Position numbers and translations under genes: made by a program. The notes below the pieces were generated by a model. That model was not told the origin of the DNA and made no database searches. It was given only the letters and a program-made list of their open reading frames with translations. This document shows, piece after piece, positions 31,026-41,913 of a stretch of DNA of 64,000 bases. Within the stretch, counting starts at the first letter, position 1. Every line of letters begins with the position of its first letter. This DNA is from Gammaproteobacteria bacterium (GTDB lineage Bacteria > Pseudomonadota > Gammaproteobacteria > GCA-001735895), in contig JBNKUM010000024.1 of the NCBI GenBank assembly GCA_050298595.1, forward strand, positions 91,483 to 155,482. Direction: 5' to 3'.

Positions 31026-32078
31026 TCATTCAGTCACTGGCCCCTGCGACGAAGTAGAAGACACATCACCATCAGTAACATTCGAGGTCGTCGTCTTTGG
31101 ATCGACCAGCTGAGCGATATTTTGCAGCAGATAACTGACAAACTGGATCATCATAGAAACTGAAAAAACCACCAGAAATGCCGCCATAATATATTTGACG
31201 TACATGCCGTAGCCACTCTGAGAGATTTCAAAACTCAACAGAGGACTATTAATACTATTTCCTTTACCGCCCATGCCATGCATCAGAATGACCCAGCACA
31301 AGGGTATGCCCAGAAACAGACAGCCGATGATATTAGACCAGGCTTTTTTTCTCTCACTGAACGCCGCATATAAAACATCCACCCGCACATGCCCTTCGTG
31401 TACCAGCGTATAAGCACTGGCAAACAAAAACAGCGCGGCATACCAGAAACGCACCAGATCTCCCATGAAAGCCTGTTCATAAGAAAATACAAAACGTGTG
31501 ATTACAATCTGGAATTCAGCCAGCACCACCATCAATGCCAGCCATGAAAAACTAATATTACGTACAAAAAAAGCAACCACAAAAGAAATGACTAGCAGCG
31601 GGTAATGTACATAGGTGCCGCGATAGGTAGGACGACCCAGTTCTGTTATCAGTGAGTCACTGATAAAAACTTCGAGAAGTTTTTCTACTCGCATAAAAGA
31701 AATGATCACATCGGCTGAGCCGATTAAAAGAACCGCCCAGAAAGCGGCGCGAACCAGATAGGCGGAAAGCTGCTCAAAGCGCTTGGCATCCTCACGCATA
31801 TCTCTGGTTTTATTTTTAATGATATAAAAGACTGCTAGCGCATACACTCCAGCATAAGCAATAACCTGCCACCAGCCCTGAGTGAGCTGCTCGGCATTCA
31901 AAGTGTCGGTTTCATCGCCAACCCAGCCAAAATGACTGAATAACAGATACGGTCCCGGCATATCCTGCCAGTAAACCAGATAGTTATTTAATAGATAGAG
32001 AAAAACCGAACTTACCATAAAGTAAGCCAGGATTTTACTTGCCAGAGAGATGTGATGGCACTTCAAAAATTTACTCAT
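31026..32078 (-). CDS. dctQ: TRAP transporter small permease with extra N-terminal TMs
   Basis: HEGHVRVDVLY motif. Start placed at ATG 32078, downstream of the intergenic hairpin. Confidence 0.85.
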   Translation of the reverse strand: MSKFLKCHHISLASKILAYFMVSSVFLYLLNNYLVYWQDMPGPYLLFSHFGWVGDETDTLNAEQLTQGWWQVIAYAGVYALAVFYIIKNKTRDMREDAKRFEQLSAYLVRAAFWAVLLIGSADVIISFMRVEKLLEVFISDSLITELGRPTYRGTYVHYPLLVISFVVAFFVRNISFSWLALMVVLAEFQIVITRFVFSYEQAFMGDLVRFWYAALFLFASAYTLVHEGHVRVDVLYAAFSERKKAWSNIIGCLFLGIPLCWVILMHGMGGKGNSINSPLLSFEISQSGYGMYVKYIMAAFLVVFSVSMMIQFVSYLLQNIAQLVDPKTTTSNVTDGDVSSTSSQGPVTE

Positions 32079-32114
32079 CAATTTGAGGTATATTGGAAAA
32101 ACAACCTGATAATC

Positions 32115-32139
32115 GAAACGGAGCCACCGGCTCCGTTTC
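32115..32139 (-). terminator. Intercistronic stem-loop after dctP
   Basis: gaaacggagcc-acc-ggctccgtttc perfect 11-bp stem. Confidence 0.65.
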
Positions 32140-32158
32140 AAATTAGACAGTACTGAAA

Positions 32159-33250
32159 CTACAGTCCCAGTACTCTATTGCGCTGACGAATGTATTCCAC
32201 ATCAGCAATCTTGGCCCAACCACCGACCTCGCTGCGTGATTTAAGAAAACTGTCATGGATACGTTTTGCCAGCTTTGAATGAGCGCGTACTTCAGCAAAT
32301 ACTTCATCAGCCGCTTCACCAAAACTGTCGTAGGTATCATCACTGAACTTACGCAGTTTTACGCCCTGTTCATTGACCAGCTTTGCGAGGTATTCACCAT
32401 TTTTAGCATTGTACTCAGACATCATCACCGAGTTTTCCTGTTCAGCAGCTGCATTTACCAGCATTTGATCAGCCTTGGACAGGCCATCCCAAAACTTACG
32501 GTTGATACCAACACTTAACATGGAACCAGGCTCATGCATACCTGGGTAGTAATAGTACTTGGCAGCTTCGTAGAACTTCATAAAACTATCATTCCAGGGG
32601 CCGACCCATTCGGTGGCATCAATTGCGCCAGAAACGAGATTTTCATAAATCTGTCCACCAGGCAGGGAAACCGGAGAGGCACCCAACTTGGCCAGAACAT
32701 CGCCACCAAGACCAGGCATACGCATCTTGAGACCTTTGAAGTCATCTGCCGAATTCATTTCCTTGCGGAACCAGCCCCCCATCTGTACGCCGGTGTTACC
32801 ACAAGCAAGGCACTTTACACCAAACCCACCCGCCAGTTCATCATGCAGTTGAGAACCACCGCCAAAATGGTACCAGGCATTAAATTCAGTGTTAGTCAGG
32901 CCAAAAGGCACAGCAGTGAAATAAGCCCAACCAGGGTGTTTGCCTTTCCAGTAGTAATCTGCGCCGTGATACATTTGGGCATTGCCAGAAGCAACTTCAT
33001 CCAGCGAATCGAAAGCTTTTACGCGCTCGCCTGCTGCAAAGTAATTGACCTTCATACGGCCATCAGACATACCTTCTAAACGTTGGGCAAAACGTTGAGC
33101 GCCTGTACCCAGACCCGGAAAATCTCGTGGCCAGGTCGATACCATATTGATTTCTATACGGCTTTTTGCAATTGCAGGTGCAGAGATTACGGCACCAGCA
33201 CTACCCAGAGCTGCTGCTACTCCCGTTTTTAATACATCACGACGTTTCAT
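32159..33250 (-). CDS. dctP: TRAP substrate-binding protein (TakP-like), Tat signal
   Basis: MKRRDVLK Tat motif; GNTGVQMGGWFRKE, GLKMRMPGLGG, IDATEWVGP and YYPGMHEPG motifs. Confidence 0.92.
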   Translation of the reverse strand: MKRRDVLKTGVAAALGSAGAVISAPAIAKSRIEINMVSTWPRDFPGLGTGAQRFAQRLEGMSDGRMKVNYFAAGERVKAFDSLDEVASGNAQMYHGADYYWKGKHPGWAYFTAVPFGLTNTEFNAWYHFGGGSQLHDELAGGFGVKCLACGNTGVQMGGWFRKEMNSADDFKGLKMRMPGLGGDVLAKLGASPVSLPGGQIYENLVSGAIDATEWVGPWNDSFMKFYEAAKYYYYPGMHEPGSMLSVGINRKFWDGLSKADQMLVNAAAEQENSVMMSEYNAKNGEYLAKLVNEQGVKLRKFSDDTYDSFGEAADEVFAEVRAHSKLAKRIHDSFLKSRSEVGGWAKIADVEYIRQRNRVLGL

Positions 33251-33402
33251 TGAATTTTTCCTCTCGTAAAACAAAAATTATTTATATTTTTAGGAGCTAA
33301 TGTCTGCCGCTAGAGAACCGGCAGTTTTAACTGCGACCGATTCTCTACCGATCAGAAATTGATTTCAAGTAAAAATCTGGTTTACTTGAAATCGATAAAT
33401 GT

Positions 33403-34227
33403 TTACTGAAGATTTTTATACAGGAACGCCAATGTACGTGACCAGGCCAGTGCTGCATCATCTGCATCGTAACGTGCCCCACTCGGGTTGGCGAAGGCAT
33501 GATTAGCGGTATACCAGTGGTGGGTATAGTTATGTTTACCTGCGGCATCCAGTGATTTTTCAAACCCTCCAACCATCTTTTCATTGATGTTTTTATCTAA
33601 AGTGCCGAAGTGTCCTAGCACTGGGCCACGCAAAGAGGCTAATTGAGCTGACGTTTTTTTCACATTGCCATAATAAATCACCGTGGCATCAACTGGTGCC
33701 AGTAGTGAGGCATTCAACGACCATCCACCGCCAAAACACCAGCCGCAGGTACCCACCTTACCATTGCCTTTTGAATTATCTTTCAGCCAGTTAACCCAGG
33801 CCACTACTGCTTCATTAGCCCATTTTTGATCCATTCCCTGCATCAGTGCCTTAGCACCTTTTGCCTCGGTTGCCGCCTTGCCGTTGTACATATCGACTGC
33901 TACGGTAAGAAAGCCCTGTTTGGCAAATTCACTGGCGACACTTTTTATCTGATCGTTAAGGCCCCACCATTCATGGATGAGCAGCAGGGTTGGTGCATTT
34001 TTCTGCTCAGGGTAGGCAACAACTGCCGAAGTACTAGCGCCAGAAGCGGTTTTAATTTTGACTGTTTCCAGCCCCTTGCCTGCCGCCTGTGCCAGCACAG
34101 GATCCGCTAATACGGCAGCAAGGGGCAAACTGATCAGGCCTTTGATAAACGCTCGACGTTTTTCTTCAGGTACGATAATGGGGGGCATATGGCTATAATC
34201 GGTGCCACAACCGAATTCATCACACAT
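33403..34227 (-). CDS. Dienelactone hydrolase family protein, Tat signal
   Basis: RRAFIKG, IHEWWGLN, GWCFGG nucleophile and HAFANPS. Confidence 0.92.
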   Translation of the reverse strand: MCDEFGCGTDYSHMPPIIVPEEKRRAFIKGLISLPLAAVLADPVLAQAAGKGLETVKIKTASGASTSAVVAYPEQKNAPTLLLIHEWWGLNDQIKSVASEFAKQGFLTVAVDMYNGKAATEAKGAKALMQGMDQKWANEAVVAWVNWLKDNSKGNGKVGTCGWCFGGGWSLNASLLAPVDATVIYYGNVKKTSAQLASLRGPVLGHFGTLDKNINEKMVGGFEKSLDAAGKHNYTHHWYTANHAFANPSGARYDADDAALAWSRTLAFLYKNLQ

Positions 34228-34338
34228 CTTTCTCTCCTCTGGTTATTCCGGTCAACCCGGATTGAAACTATTTTTATAATATTGCTTCTATAGATGATCA
34301 ATAATACCGTTCATTTATTCCCTGTTCAGCTCGAATCT

Positions 34339-37300
34339 TTAGCCTCTGGCAGCTTCCAGGCCCGATTCTTTAGTCGACTTGCTGGATATTTTTTGCAGGT
34401 ACTCATGCACATCCTCATAGATAGATAGCATCGCTGGAATCATGAGTAAAATCAACAAAGTCGCATAGGCCAGACCGAAAGCAATCGAAACTGCCATCGG
34501 AATCAGGAACTGAGCCTGACGTGAGGTTTCGAATAATAATGGCGTCAATCCTGCGACAGTAGTTAAAGAGGTTAACAGCACAGCACGTAACCTCTGGCAT
34601 GCTGCCTCCACCAGTGCTTCCTTAATCGCCAGCCCTTTGCCCCGGAGATGCTTGTAGAAAATCACCAGAATAATTGAATCATTCACCACGATTCCAGACA
34701 GTCCAAAGAAACCGAATAGCGACAGAATCGTCATATCCATACCCATCAGCCAGTGCCCAAGCACGGCACCCGTCAATCCAAGCGGGATAGCAACCATCAC
34801 CAGCAAGGGCCAGCCGTAAGAAGAAAACACCCACGCCAGCACCAGATAAATTAATGAAAGCCCAACGATACCCCCAATCATCAGATCGGCAAAGGCATCC
34901 CGCTGACTGGCGGCACGACCTTCCAGTGAATAATCGATAGAATACTTTGCAGCCAGTGCTGGAAGGGCAGATTTTCTGAGGTCGTTGGTAATATCCTGAA
35001 TACTATTCTGGCTAGAATCCACGTCGGCAGTCACCGACACCGCCAGCTTTCCATTGGCATGTCGCAGCGCTTCAAAACCCTGTTGAGACGACCAGGAAGC
35101 AACCGATTTCAGCGCTACGAAAGAGCCATCGGGTAAGCGAATCGGTAATTCCTCCAGACTGGCCAGATAGCGGCGTTCATTATCCGGCAGCTGTATGCGC
35201 ACTTCGACTTCATCGGCACCATCCTGAAATCGTTGCAGGCGGATACCATCATAAGCCGCTCTTAATTGATTGCCCAGATCAGCAATACTCAAGCCCAGAG
35301 CCTCTCCGGCTGGAGTGAGCGAATAGATCAACTGCTCATTACCATAGGGTAGGTCATCATCTATAGCGCTAACACCCGGCAAACCCTTAAGTGCTTCAGC
35401 AAGCTCCAGTGCCGCCAGCTTCATAGAAGATGGATCATTCCCCATCAGTCGAATATCCAGATCTCTGCTTGGTGGCCCCATACGCTGCGCTTCAATCTTG
35501 AAACTTTCCACACCCGCAGGCACCTTAATTTGTTTTCTCCAGGCTTTTATAAACGCATTATTACTCGTTTTCCGACTATCTGGTGCAACCAGCTCAACAT
35601 AAATAGAACCATTACGCTCTCCCGCCAGTGATCTCCCTGCCCCGCTGGAAGAAGCATGCAGTACATAATAGGTATCGACTACTTTTTCATCTATGCCCTT
35701 AACTGTTTTCTGCAGACTATCCTCGAGGTTATTCAGAAAACCATCCACAGACTCCTGCCCTGTACCCGCCACAAAACGCACATTCGCATACAGCGTACTG
35801 GAATCAGGTGAAGGGAAGAAAAACCATCCAACTCTGCTTCCTGCAATCAGCCCCACCGCAAAAATTAACATTCCAATACCTAAAGCAATCGTGCTCCAGC
35901 GATTTTTAATAGCCAATGTCACCAGCGGGCGGAATTTTTTATCCCTGAAGTTCGCAAAACCATCATCCAGACGTTTTTTGAATTTAGATTTTTTATCATC
36001 ATGCGAATCAACAAAGGCATGCCTTAAATGCCCCGGCAGGATGTAGAAGCTTTCAATCAGTGAAGCAATAATCACACTGATAATCACCATAGGAATCGCT
36101 GACATGATATTGCCCATACGGCCCCCGACCAGCAACAAGGGCATAAATGCCGCAATAGTTGTCAAGGACGAAGCCATAACCGGAGCCAGCATACGCCTGG
36201 CTCCTCCCTCGGAAGCCTTAAGTGCATCCTCACCCATATCAAAATGCGCCTGGGCATCTTCACCCACCACAATTGCATCATCTACGATAATGCCCAGCGC
36301 CATGATCAATGCAAACAGACTGATCATATTAATAGACTCGCCTGCAACCAGCATTACCGCAAGCGTTGCCATAAAGGAAACCGGGATCCCTACGGCCACC
36401 CAGAAAGCAACACGGGTAGATAAAAAGGCGTACAGAATCATCAACACCAGAACCAGTCCACCCGCACCATTTTTCACCAACAACATGATGCGCTGCTTAA
36501 GTAATTGCCAATTTTCATTGAACACCTTGATTTTTACCGATGGCGGTAGCGTGGGGGTAACTTCTTCAACCCACTTTGCAAGGATCTCTGCAGATTTTAA
36601 GGTGTCACCATTTTCACTGCGCCGTAATACCAGCACCGCTGTTTTTTTTCCATCCAGAGTAATGGTTTGTTTACCTGATTTGATACGTCTTTCAATGTCA
36701 GCAATATCTCCCAGGTTAACGCGATGATCGCGCTCACTGATCACCGGTAGATCTTCAAAACTAGCGGGGGTCCTGCGCTGATTAAGACTGCGCAATTCAC
36801 GTGTAGCATCGTTCTCGCCCACCAGACCTGCGGGTAAATCCTGACTTGCCTGGTCGACTCTTGTGCCGATTTGTGACAGGCTCAAACCTAGTCCATACAT
36901 CTGTTGCGAAGGTACGGTAATAAGAATAGATTCCTCAGGTAGCCCCACCAGATCGACCTTATCTATGCCCTTATCCAGCAATTGCTGTTCAAACTGACGT
37001 GCTAGTTTTCGCAAGTCCTCAATATTATCTGGACCGCTGATTAACACCCTTGCCACCGATTCATAACGCACAGCCTGAGCAATTCGAGGTTGTTCAGCAT
37101 CCTGCGGCAGGCTGGTGAAATCATCCACCTGTTTACGCACCTGATCCAGAGCCAGCACCATATCCGTGCCTTCATCGAACTCCAGATTAATACCAGAAAG
37201 CCCAGATGCAGAAGAAGAAGAGAGTTCTTTCAGGTTATCGACATTACGCAGGCGCTGCTCTAAAGGGTTGGTGATGCCTCGTTCAATATCTTCTGAGGTA

Positions 37301-37473
37301 GCGCCGCTCCAGACGGTACTGACACTAATAGTGTCCAGCTCAAAACTGGGGAAAAACTGTACGTTTAGCTTTTGAAGAGCAACCCAGCCTGCCATGATCA
37401 TAATGATCATCAGCAGATTGGGGGCCACCTTATGCTTGGCAAAAATGCCCAGCAAATCATCCTTATGTTTCAT
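34339..37473 (-). CDS. RND efflux permease (AcrB/AcrD/AcrF family)
   Basis: 1044 aa; GIIVDDAIVVGE, GIVVNDSI and RLRAVLLTSLTT motifs. Confidence 0.95.
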   Translation of the reverse strand: MKHKDDLLGIFAKHKVAPNLLMIIMIMAGWVALQKLNVQFFPSFELDTISVSTVWSGATSEDIERGITNPLEQRLRNVDNLKELSSSSASGLSGINLEFDEGTDMVLALDQVRKQVDDFTSLPQDAEQPRIAQAVRYESVARVLISGPDNIEDLRKLARQFEQQLLDKGIDKVDLVGLPEESILITVPSQQMYGLGLSLSQIGTRVDQASQDLPAGLVGENDATRELRSLNQRRTPASFEDLPVISERDHRVNLGDIADIERRIKSGKQTITLDGKKTAVLVLRRSENGDTLKSAEILAKWVEEVTPTLPPSVKIKVFNENWQLLKQRIMLLVKNGAGGLVLVLMILYAFLSTRVAFWVAVGIPVSFMATLAVMLVAGESINMISLFALIMALGIIVDDAIVVGEDAQAHFDMGEDALKASEGGARRMLAPVMASSLTTIAAFMPLLLVGGRMGNIMSAIPMVIISVIIASLIESFYILPGHLRHAFVDSHDDKKSKFKKRLDDGFANFRDKKFRPLVTLAIKNRWSTIALGIGMLIFAVGLIAGSRVGWFFFPSPDSSTLYANVRFVAGTGQESVDGFLNNLEDSLQKTVKGIDEKVVDTYYVLHASSSGAGRSLAGERNGSIYVELVAPDSRKTSNNAFIKAWRKQIKVPAGVESFKIEAQRMGPPSRDLDIRLMGNDPSSMKLAALELAEALKGLPGVSAIDDDLPYGNEQLIYSLTPAGEALGLSIADLGNQLRAAYDGIRLQRFQDGADEVEVRIQLPDNERRYLASLEELPIRLPDGSFVALKSVASWSSQQGFEALRHANGKLAVSVTADVDSSQNSIQDITNDLRKSALPALAAKYSIDYSLEGRAASQRDAFADLMIGGIVGLSLIYLVLAWVFSSYGWPLLVMVAIPLGLTGAVLGHWLMGMDMTILSLFGFFGLSGIVVNDSIILVIFYKHLRGKGLAIKEALVEAACQRLRAVLLTSLTTVAGLTPLLFETSRQAQFLIPMAVSIAFGLAYATLLILLMIPAMLSIYEDVHEYLQKISSKSTKESGLEAARG

Positions 37474-38717
37474 CAGCTTTTCGACACCGGTTTAACCTTC
37501 AGGCCATCCACTGCATTCGGCAGATGGGTAATGATTACCCTGGCGCCGGCTTCAATGCTGTCATTGCGTAACAGCATCCAGCTTTTACCAGCTTCATCGT
37601 CATACTGGCCGACCGATTCCACATCCAGCGATTTCATTCGATCCTGCTGCAGGATAAATATGCGGCTGTTACCGTAGATGGCGCTATAGGGTACAGCAAT
37701 CACCTGCTTTTGCTCTGGACGCTGAAGATTCACCTTCAATAGATTCCCAATACGCAACCGCTCAAAACCCTCAAGCACTCGAAAATACCCATCTATACCA
37801 CCAGGCGTTGCCGCTCCAGCCAGACGCGACAGTTGAAGCGATATCGAATCACCAGAAAGCTCCGCTTTTGCCATCAAGCTAGCTTGCGATTCCAGCGCTC
37901 GAGTAATTTCAGATTGATAACTGCTCGGAATCCGTGCACGTATCTCCAGAGATTCCATCTCATATAAAGACAGCAGAATCTCAGACTGTTTGACCTGGTC
38001 ACCACTAGACACCAGCACCTCAGACACAAACCCATCAAATGGCGCAACCACTTCACTACGAGTAATAGCCAGATCCGACTCGGTCAGTTTGGCACGTGCA
38101 CTGGATAAACGGGCTTTTAGCTGTTTGCTAGAACTGCCGTAGCTATCTACAGCCAGTTGAATAGCGATCAAAGACAGCTCCTGCTTGGCCAGCATTTCTC
38201 GAGCATTGTTGAGTGCCGAATCTGAACTGAGATTATTCTTTTTAAGACGTTGAACCCGCTGCAGCTCCTGCTTGCTGAGTTCTAGCAGGCTTTTCTCCTG
38301 TTCCAGCTTACGCAGATTGGCCTGATATTTAAGCTCATGCTCGCTTAATTGCGCTTCGAGATCTGCCACATTGGCGCGCGCCTGAAGATTGGCCGCCGCA
38401 AAATCCCGACTATCCATCAGCAGTAGCTTCTGTCCTTTCACGACACGATCGCCCGGCTTTACCAGCACCGCCTCGATATGCCCGGCACCGGGCGCTGCAG
38501 ATCTTAGCAGGGATGGGGTTTCTACCTCGCCGTATAGCGTCAAAAGCGGTGACAGACTTTGTGGCTGGGCGCTCATAGTCTCAACCTGCCAGACTTTCTC
38601 TCTGGGCTCGGGCTTAGTACGCTCCGGCCTGGTCGATTTCATATAGGCAAATGCGCTAGCAGCGACCAGCAGAATAAGCAGCGGCAATAACTTCAACAGA
38701 AGCCCTTTGTTGATCAT
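37473..38717 (-). CDS. RND periplasmic adaptor (membrane fusion protein)
   Basis: N-terminal anchor, lipoyl half-motifs (VKPGDRV, APFDG) and coiled coil; coupled to the RND gene. Confidence 0.9.
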   Translation of the reverse strand: MINKGLLLKLLPLLILLVAASAFAYMKSTRPERTKPEPREKVWQVETMSAQPQSLSPLLTLYGEVETPSLLRSAAPGAGHIEAVLVKPGDRVVKGQKLLLMDSRDFAAANLQARANVADLEAQLSEHELKYQANLRKLEQEKSLLELSKQELQRVQRLKKNNLSSDSALNNAREMLAKQELSLIAIQLAVDSYGSSSKQLKARLSSARAKLTESDLAITRSEVVAPFDGFVSEVLVSSGDQVKQSEILLSLYEMESLEIRARIPSSYQSEITRALESQASLMAKAELSGDSISLQLSRLAGAATPGGIDGYFRVLEGFERLRIGNLLKVNLQRPEQKQVIAVPYSAIYGNSRIFILQQDRMKSLDVESVGQYDDEAGKSWMLLRNDSIEAGARVIITHLPNAVDGLKVKPVSKS

Positions 38718-38906
38718 GTTAAAACACCTGAAAAAAAATTGTGACAAGTTTACAGTATGCGATACAGGATGCTACCAGATAACCTACAATCTCTTATGAC
38801 GAAAATTATCTTAATCTATTCCAAATCCATCTGAGTTTTAAGGTTGCATACCTTGGAAAACAGACGACAATTTCATAAAGTTAAAAGTAAACACAGGAGA
38901 AAATTA

Positions 38907-39587
38907 ATGAATTTCAAAATCCTTAGCACAGCCCTGATCTTAACCCTGACTCTAGGCTTGAGTGCCTGTAGCAGCATAGACCCATATACCGGTGAACAAA
39001 AAACCAGTAACACCACCAAAGGTGGAGCTATTGGCGCCGCAGTTGGTGCCGCCATAGGTTATATTTCAGCACGCAAGAAAAACCGTGATGACCGGAAAAA
39101 AGCTATTCTCAAAGGCGCGGCCATTGGCGGACTCGGAGGAGCTGCTGTGGGTGTCTATATGGATAAGCAGGAAGATAAACTACGTAAACAGCTCGAAGGA
39201 ACGGGTGTCAGCGTGACTCGTAATGGAGATGAGCTGATTTTAAATATGCCGGGTAATATTACCTTCAATACTGACTCATCCACGCTAAACCCTGACTTCA
39301 ACGAAGTGCTCAACTCGGTAGTGCTGGTATTAAAAGAATTTGATAAAACCCTGATCGAAGCTGCAGGCCACACCGACAGTGTCGGTAGCTCGAGCTATAA
39401 CCAGCAACTATCCTATAAGCGTGCCAGCAGTGTAGGCAGCTACCTGCTCAACAATGGCGTTGTTGCCGAGCGCGTTATGATGGTAGGCATGGGTGAATCA
39501 ATGCCGATTGCAAGCAACTCTACCCCTGCAGGCCGTCAACAAAATCGTCGTGTGGAATTAACCCTCATCCCGTTAAGCAAGGAATAA
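38907..39587 (+). CDS. OmpA family lipoprotein (YiaD-like)
   Basis: Lipobox LSAC, Gly zipper, GHTDSVG, NQQLSYKRA and NRRVE motifs; AGGAG RBS before ATG 38907. Confidence 0.93.
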   Translation: MNFKILSTALILTLTLGLSACSSIDPYTGEQKTSNTTKGGAIGAAVGAAIGYISARKKNRDDRKKAILKGAAIGGLGGAAVGVYMDKQEDKLRKQLEGTGVSVTRNGDELILNMPGNITFNTDSSTLNPDFNEVLNSVVLVLKEFDKTLIEAAGHTDSVGSSSYNQQLSYKRASSVGSYLLNNGVVAERVMMVGMGESMPIASNSTPAGRQQNRRVELTLIPLSKE

Positions 39588-39602
39588 TCTCCAAAGCAAC
39601 CT

Positions 39603-39637
39603 AAACAAACGGCCTTCATAATGTAGGCCGTTTGTTT
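39603..39637. terminator. Bidirectional terminator between convergent genes
   Basis: aaacaaacggcct...aggccgtttgttt 13-bp stem. Confidence 0.8.
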
Positions 39638-39666
39638 TTCACATTCACTGATCGAGAAACATCAAA

Positions 39667-41820
39667 TTATTTGAAAAGATCAAGCACTTCCGGGTCTCCC
39701 ATCATATTGTTCACTATCTGTCGACCCAGTTCACGATAAGCTTCAAATTGTACCTCATCAAAAAACTGATCCACCGTTGTCTGGTCAGGAAAATCAGGGT
39801 GGGTTCGTTTATACCCATGGATATCCGCGCCCAGATTGTTTGAAAGCGTTGTTTTTATGTAGATCAATTTACCTTTCACTGGACGATTACCGTAATCGAT
39901 GTCCGCGATAAGATAGCTTTTATTCGCCAGTGGATATTTCATATCGTTTTGACCCGGTTTGCTAGCGGGTATCAGCTCGTCCAGCATGGTTCGGGTAATC
40001 TCGATTTTCGCGCCAAAATCTACCCTTGCCTTTTCTACCGCATTCGCCAGATCGCCAAACTCATAATTCGGATCTGCGCCCGCATCACACACCACGATTA
40101 ATTCTGCGCGTCGGCGTAGCAATTCATACAATGCAAGGTTTTCGAAATGACCACCGTCTGATAACTGCACAAACTCTGCCTTTTCATTCATCTTACTGCG
40201 CCTAAATACCTCCCAGAACCCAGGGTAATAGTAACTGGGTATAGCTGACTGGTCTTGCTGGATATCAGGATCTGGGTTACTCGCCCAGTAACCCAGGCGC
40301 AGATTAAAAATCGACATCAAAATAGAAATCACCGTATTCGTAGTCAGTCCCTGACCAGCGACACCGGCATCTGGATTTGCCGCAGCACCCGAGATTGCAA
40401 CAGCACTGGGCAGGGTGATCCCTCCATTACAGAATTCTGCAGTATTACGCCAACCGGTCGCGTTACTCCCTGAATAAAGGGGACTGAGTATAAAATTATC
40501 CCCACCACGACCACGAAATTTTGCAATTTCAGATTCCACCAGAATGATATTGGCATTGATCAAATGGTAAGGCAGGTAAGTTTTTTTGCCATCTGAATAT
40601 TTGTTTCGATTTAATTCATGCACACCAGTCTGATTAGCCAGCATAGCCTCGCGTGTATCAGCATTAGCAAATACCTTTTCCACGTCTGGCATAAAGGTCT
40701 CCATCAGCCGATCACGATAATAACGATGAATCGAGATATTATTAATTGGCAGAAAGCGTGCCATAGCCAATACCGCTGCCGCCAATATAGTGGCGACAAT
40801 AATATGCAACATACCGAATTTATTGATCAGCATATTCGTCCAGCCATCGGCTAACACCAGAACACCGAAAATCATCAGCACCGCAGCGAACACAAGTTGA
40901 GTACTGTGCGGTATTATTGCCAGATATTTACGCCACTTCGAATCAGCTCCAAGCGACCCTAGCAACGCACCCAAAGCAGCAGCCATTCCACCCGCTGTTT
41001 CAGCATACATATTCAGTTCGATATACACCCAGTGGATCAGGCCAAACAGTAAAAACACCAGAAACCCTTTCAGCAAAACGGGCATCAAAGATTCGAACCA
41101 ACGCCGTTTTAGATAAGCGAGGCGCTCATTGCCGACTTTTTTATTCCTGCCCACATGGAACATATAAAAAACATGCAATGCGAGATAAGCCAGTAACGAG
41201 ATAATGGAAGCCGAGCGAAAAAAAGCTGAGGTAGCATGCTGCTGATCAAACAGGCCAAAGGTATACAGTGCAGAAAATACAAAGCCTACAAGCAACAGCA
41301 TACTCACAAAACCCATTACTATGCTGCGCAGCACAATTGAAATAAACGAAAGCATAGTAATGCCTTTGCCTGGCGTCAGATATTTACCATTTTGCTGCAG
41401 GTGGCGTAAAAGAGACGCCTGTAGTCGATTCAGGTCTTCATCATCTGAATGAAACTTTCGCCCTTCGGTACCGAAGGGAAAATTCTGCCTGTCCACCCCA
41501 AGGTCTGGGATTGAGCTAGATTTTTCCTTCCACAGATCGCTCCATAGCCAGGATAAGGAACCACCCAGATAACCACCGCCAGAAACGGTGGAGAGATAAT
41601 CAAATTTCTTCAAGCGGCCGTTTGCCGCCAGACCCTGTAGCACTCCCAGGCAAAAACTCGCTGAACGGATGCCTCCTCCTGATAATGCCAGTCCCCTCAC
41701 ATGCTCAGCATCAAAATCCTTACGGTGTTTTTCGAGGTATTCCCTTTCTAAATCTATCAGGCGCTGCGCGCCCGCATAATCCGCACCCGACTGATAGGCA
41801 ATATAGTCTGAATCACTCAT
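39667..41820 (-). CDS. Patatin/cPLA2-like phospholipase with internal TM helices
   Basis: GLALSGGGIRSA, STVSGG (catalytic Ser), SDGGHFEN (catalytic Asp); multi-TM insert. Confidence 0.88.
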   Translation of the reverse strand: MSDSDYIAYQSGADYAGAQRLIDLEREYLEKHRKDFDAEHVRGLALSGGGIRSASFCLGVLQGLAANGRLKKFDYLSTVSGGGYLGGSLSWLWSDLWKEKSSSIPDLGVDRQNFPFGTEGRKFHSDDEDLNRLQASLLRHLQQNGKYLTPGKGITMLSFISIVLRSIVMGFVSMLLLVGFVFSALYTFGLFDQQHATSAFFRSASIISLLAYLALHVFYMFHVGRNKKVGNERLAYLKRRWFESLMPVLLKGFLVFLLFGLIHWVYIELNMYAETAGGMAAALGALLGSLGADSKWRKYLAIIPHSTQLVFAAVLMIFGVLVLADGWTNMLINKFGMLHIIVATILAAAVLAMARFLPINNISIHRYYRDRLMETFMPDVEKVFANADTREAMLANQTGVHELNRNKYSDGKKTYLPYHLINANIILVESEIAKFRGRGGDNFILSPLYSGSNATGWRNTAEFCNGGITLPSAVAISGAAANPDAGVAGQGLTTNTVISILMSIFNLRLGYWASNPDPDIQQDQSAIPSYYYPGFWEVFRRSKMNEKAEFVQLSDGGHFENLALYELLRRRAELIVVCDAGADPNYEFGDLANAVEKARVDFGAKIEITRTMLDELIPASKPGQNDMKYPLANKSYLIADIDYGNRPVKGKLIYIKTTLSNNLGADIHGYKRTHPDFPDQTTVDQFFDEVQFEAYRELGRQIVNNMMGDPEVLDLFK

Positions 41821-41913
41821 CTTAGCTCCCTGAACGTAAATTATTCATGCTATGTTAATCTATCGTCCTTATATAATGGAACCAATTTTCCCACACACAA
41901 CAGGATTGCTGAT

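Noticed and set aside
32534-36727. Long antisense ORFs (32534-33079, 36104-36727) and similar shadow ORFs elsewhere
   Set aside because: They lie opposite well-supported genes and have no motifs; expected from codon bias.
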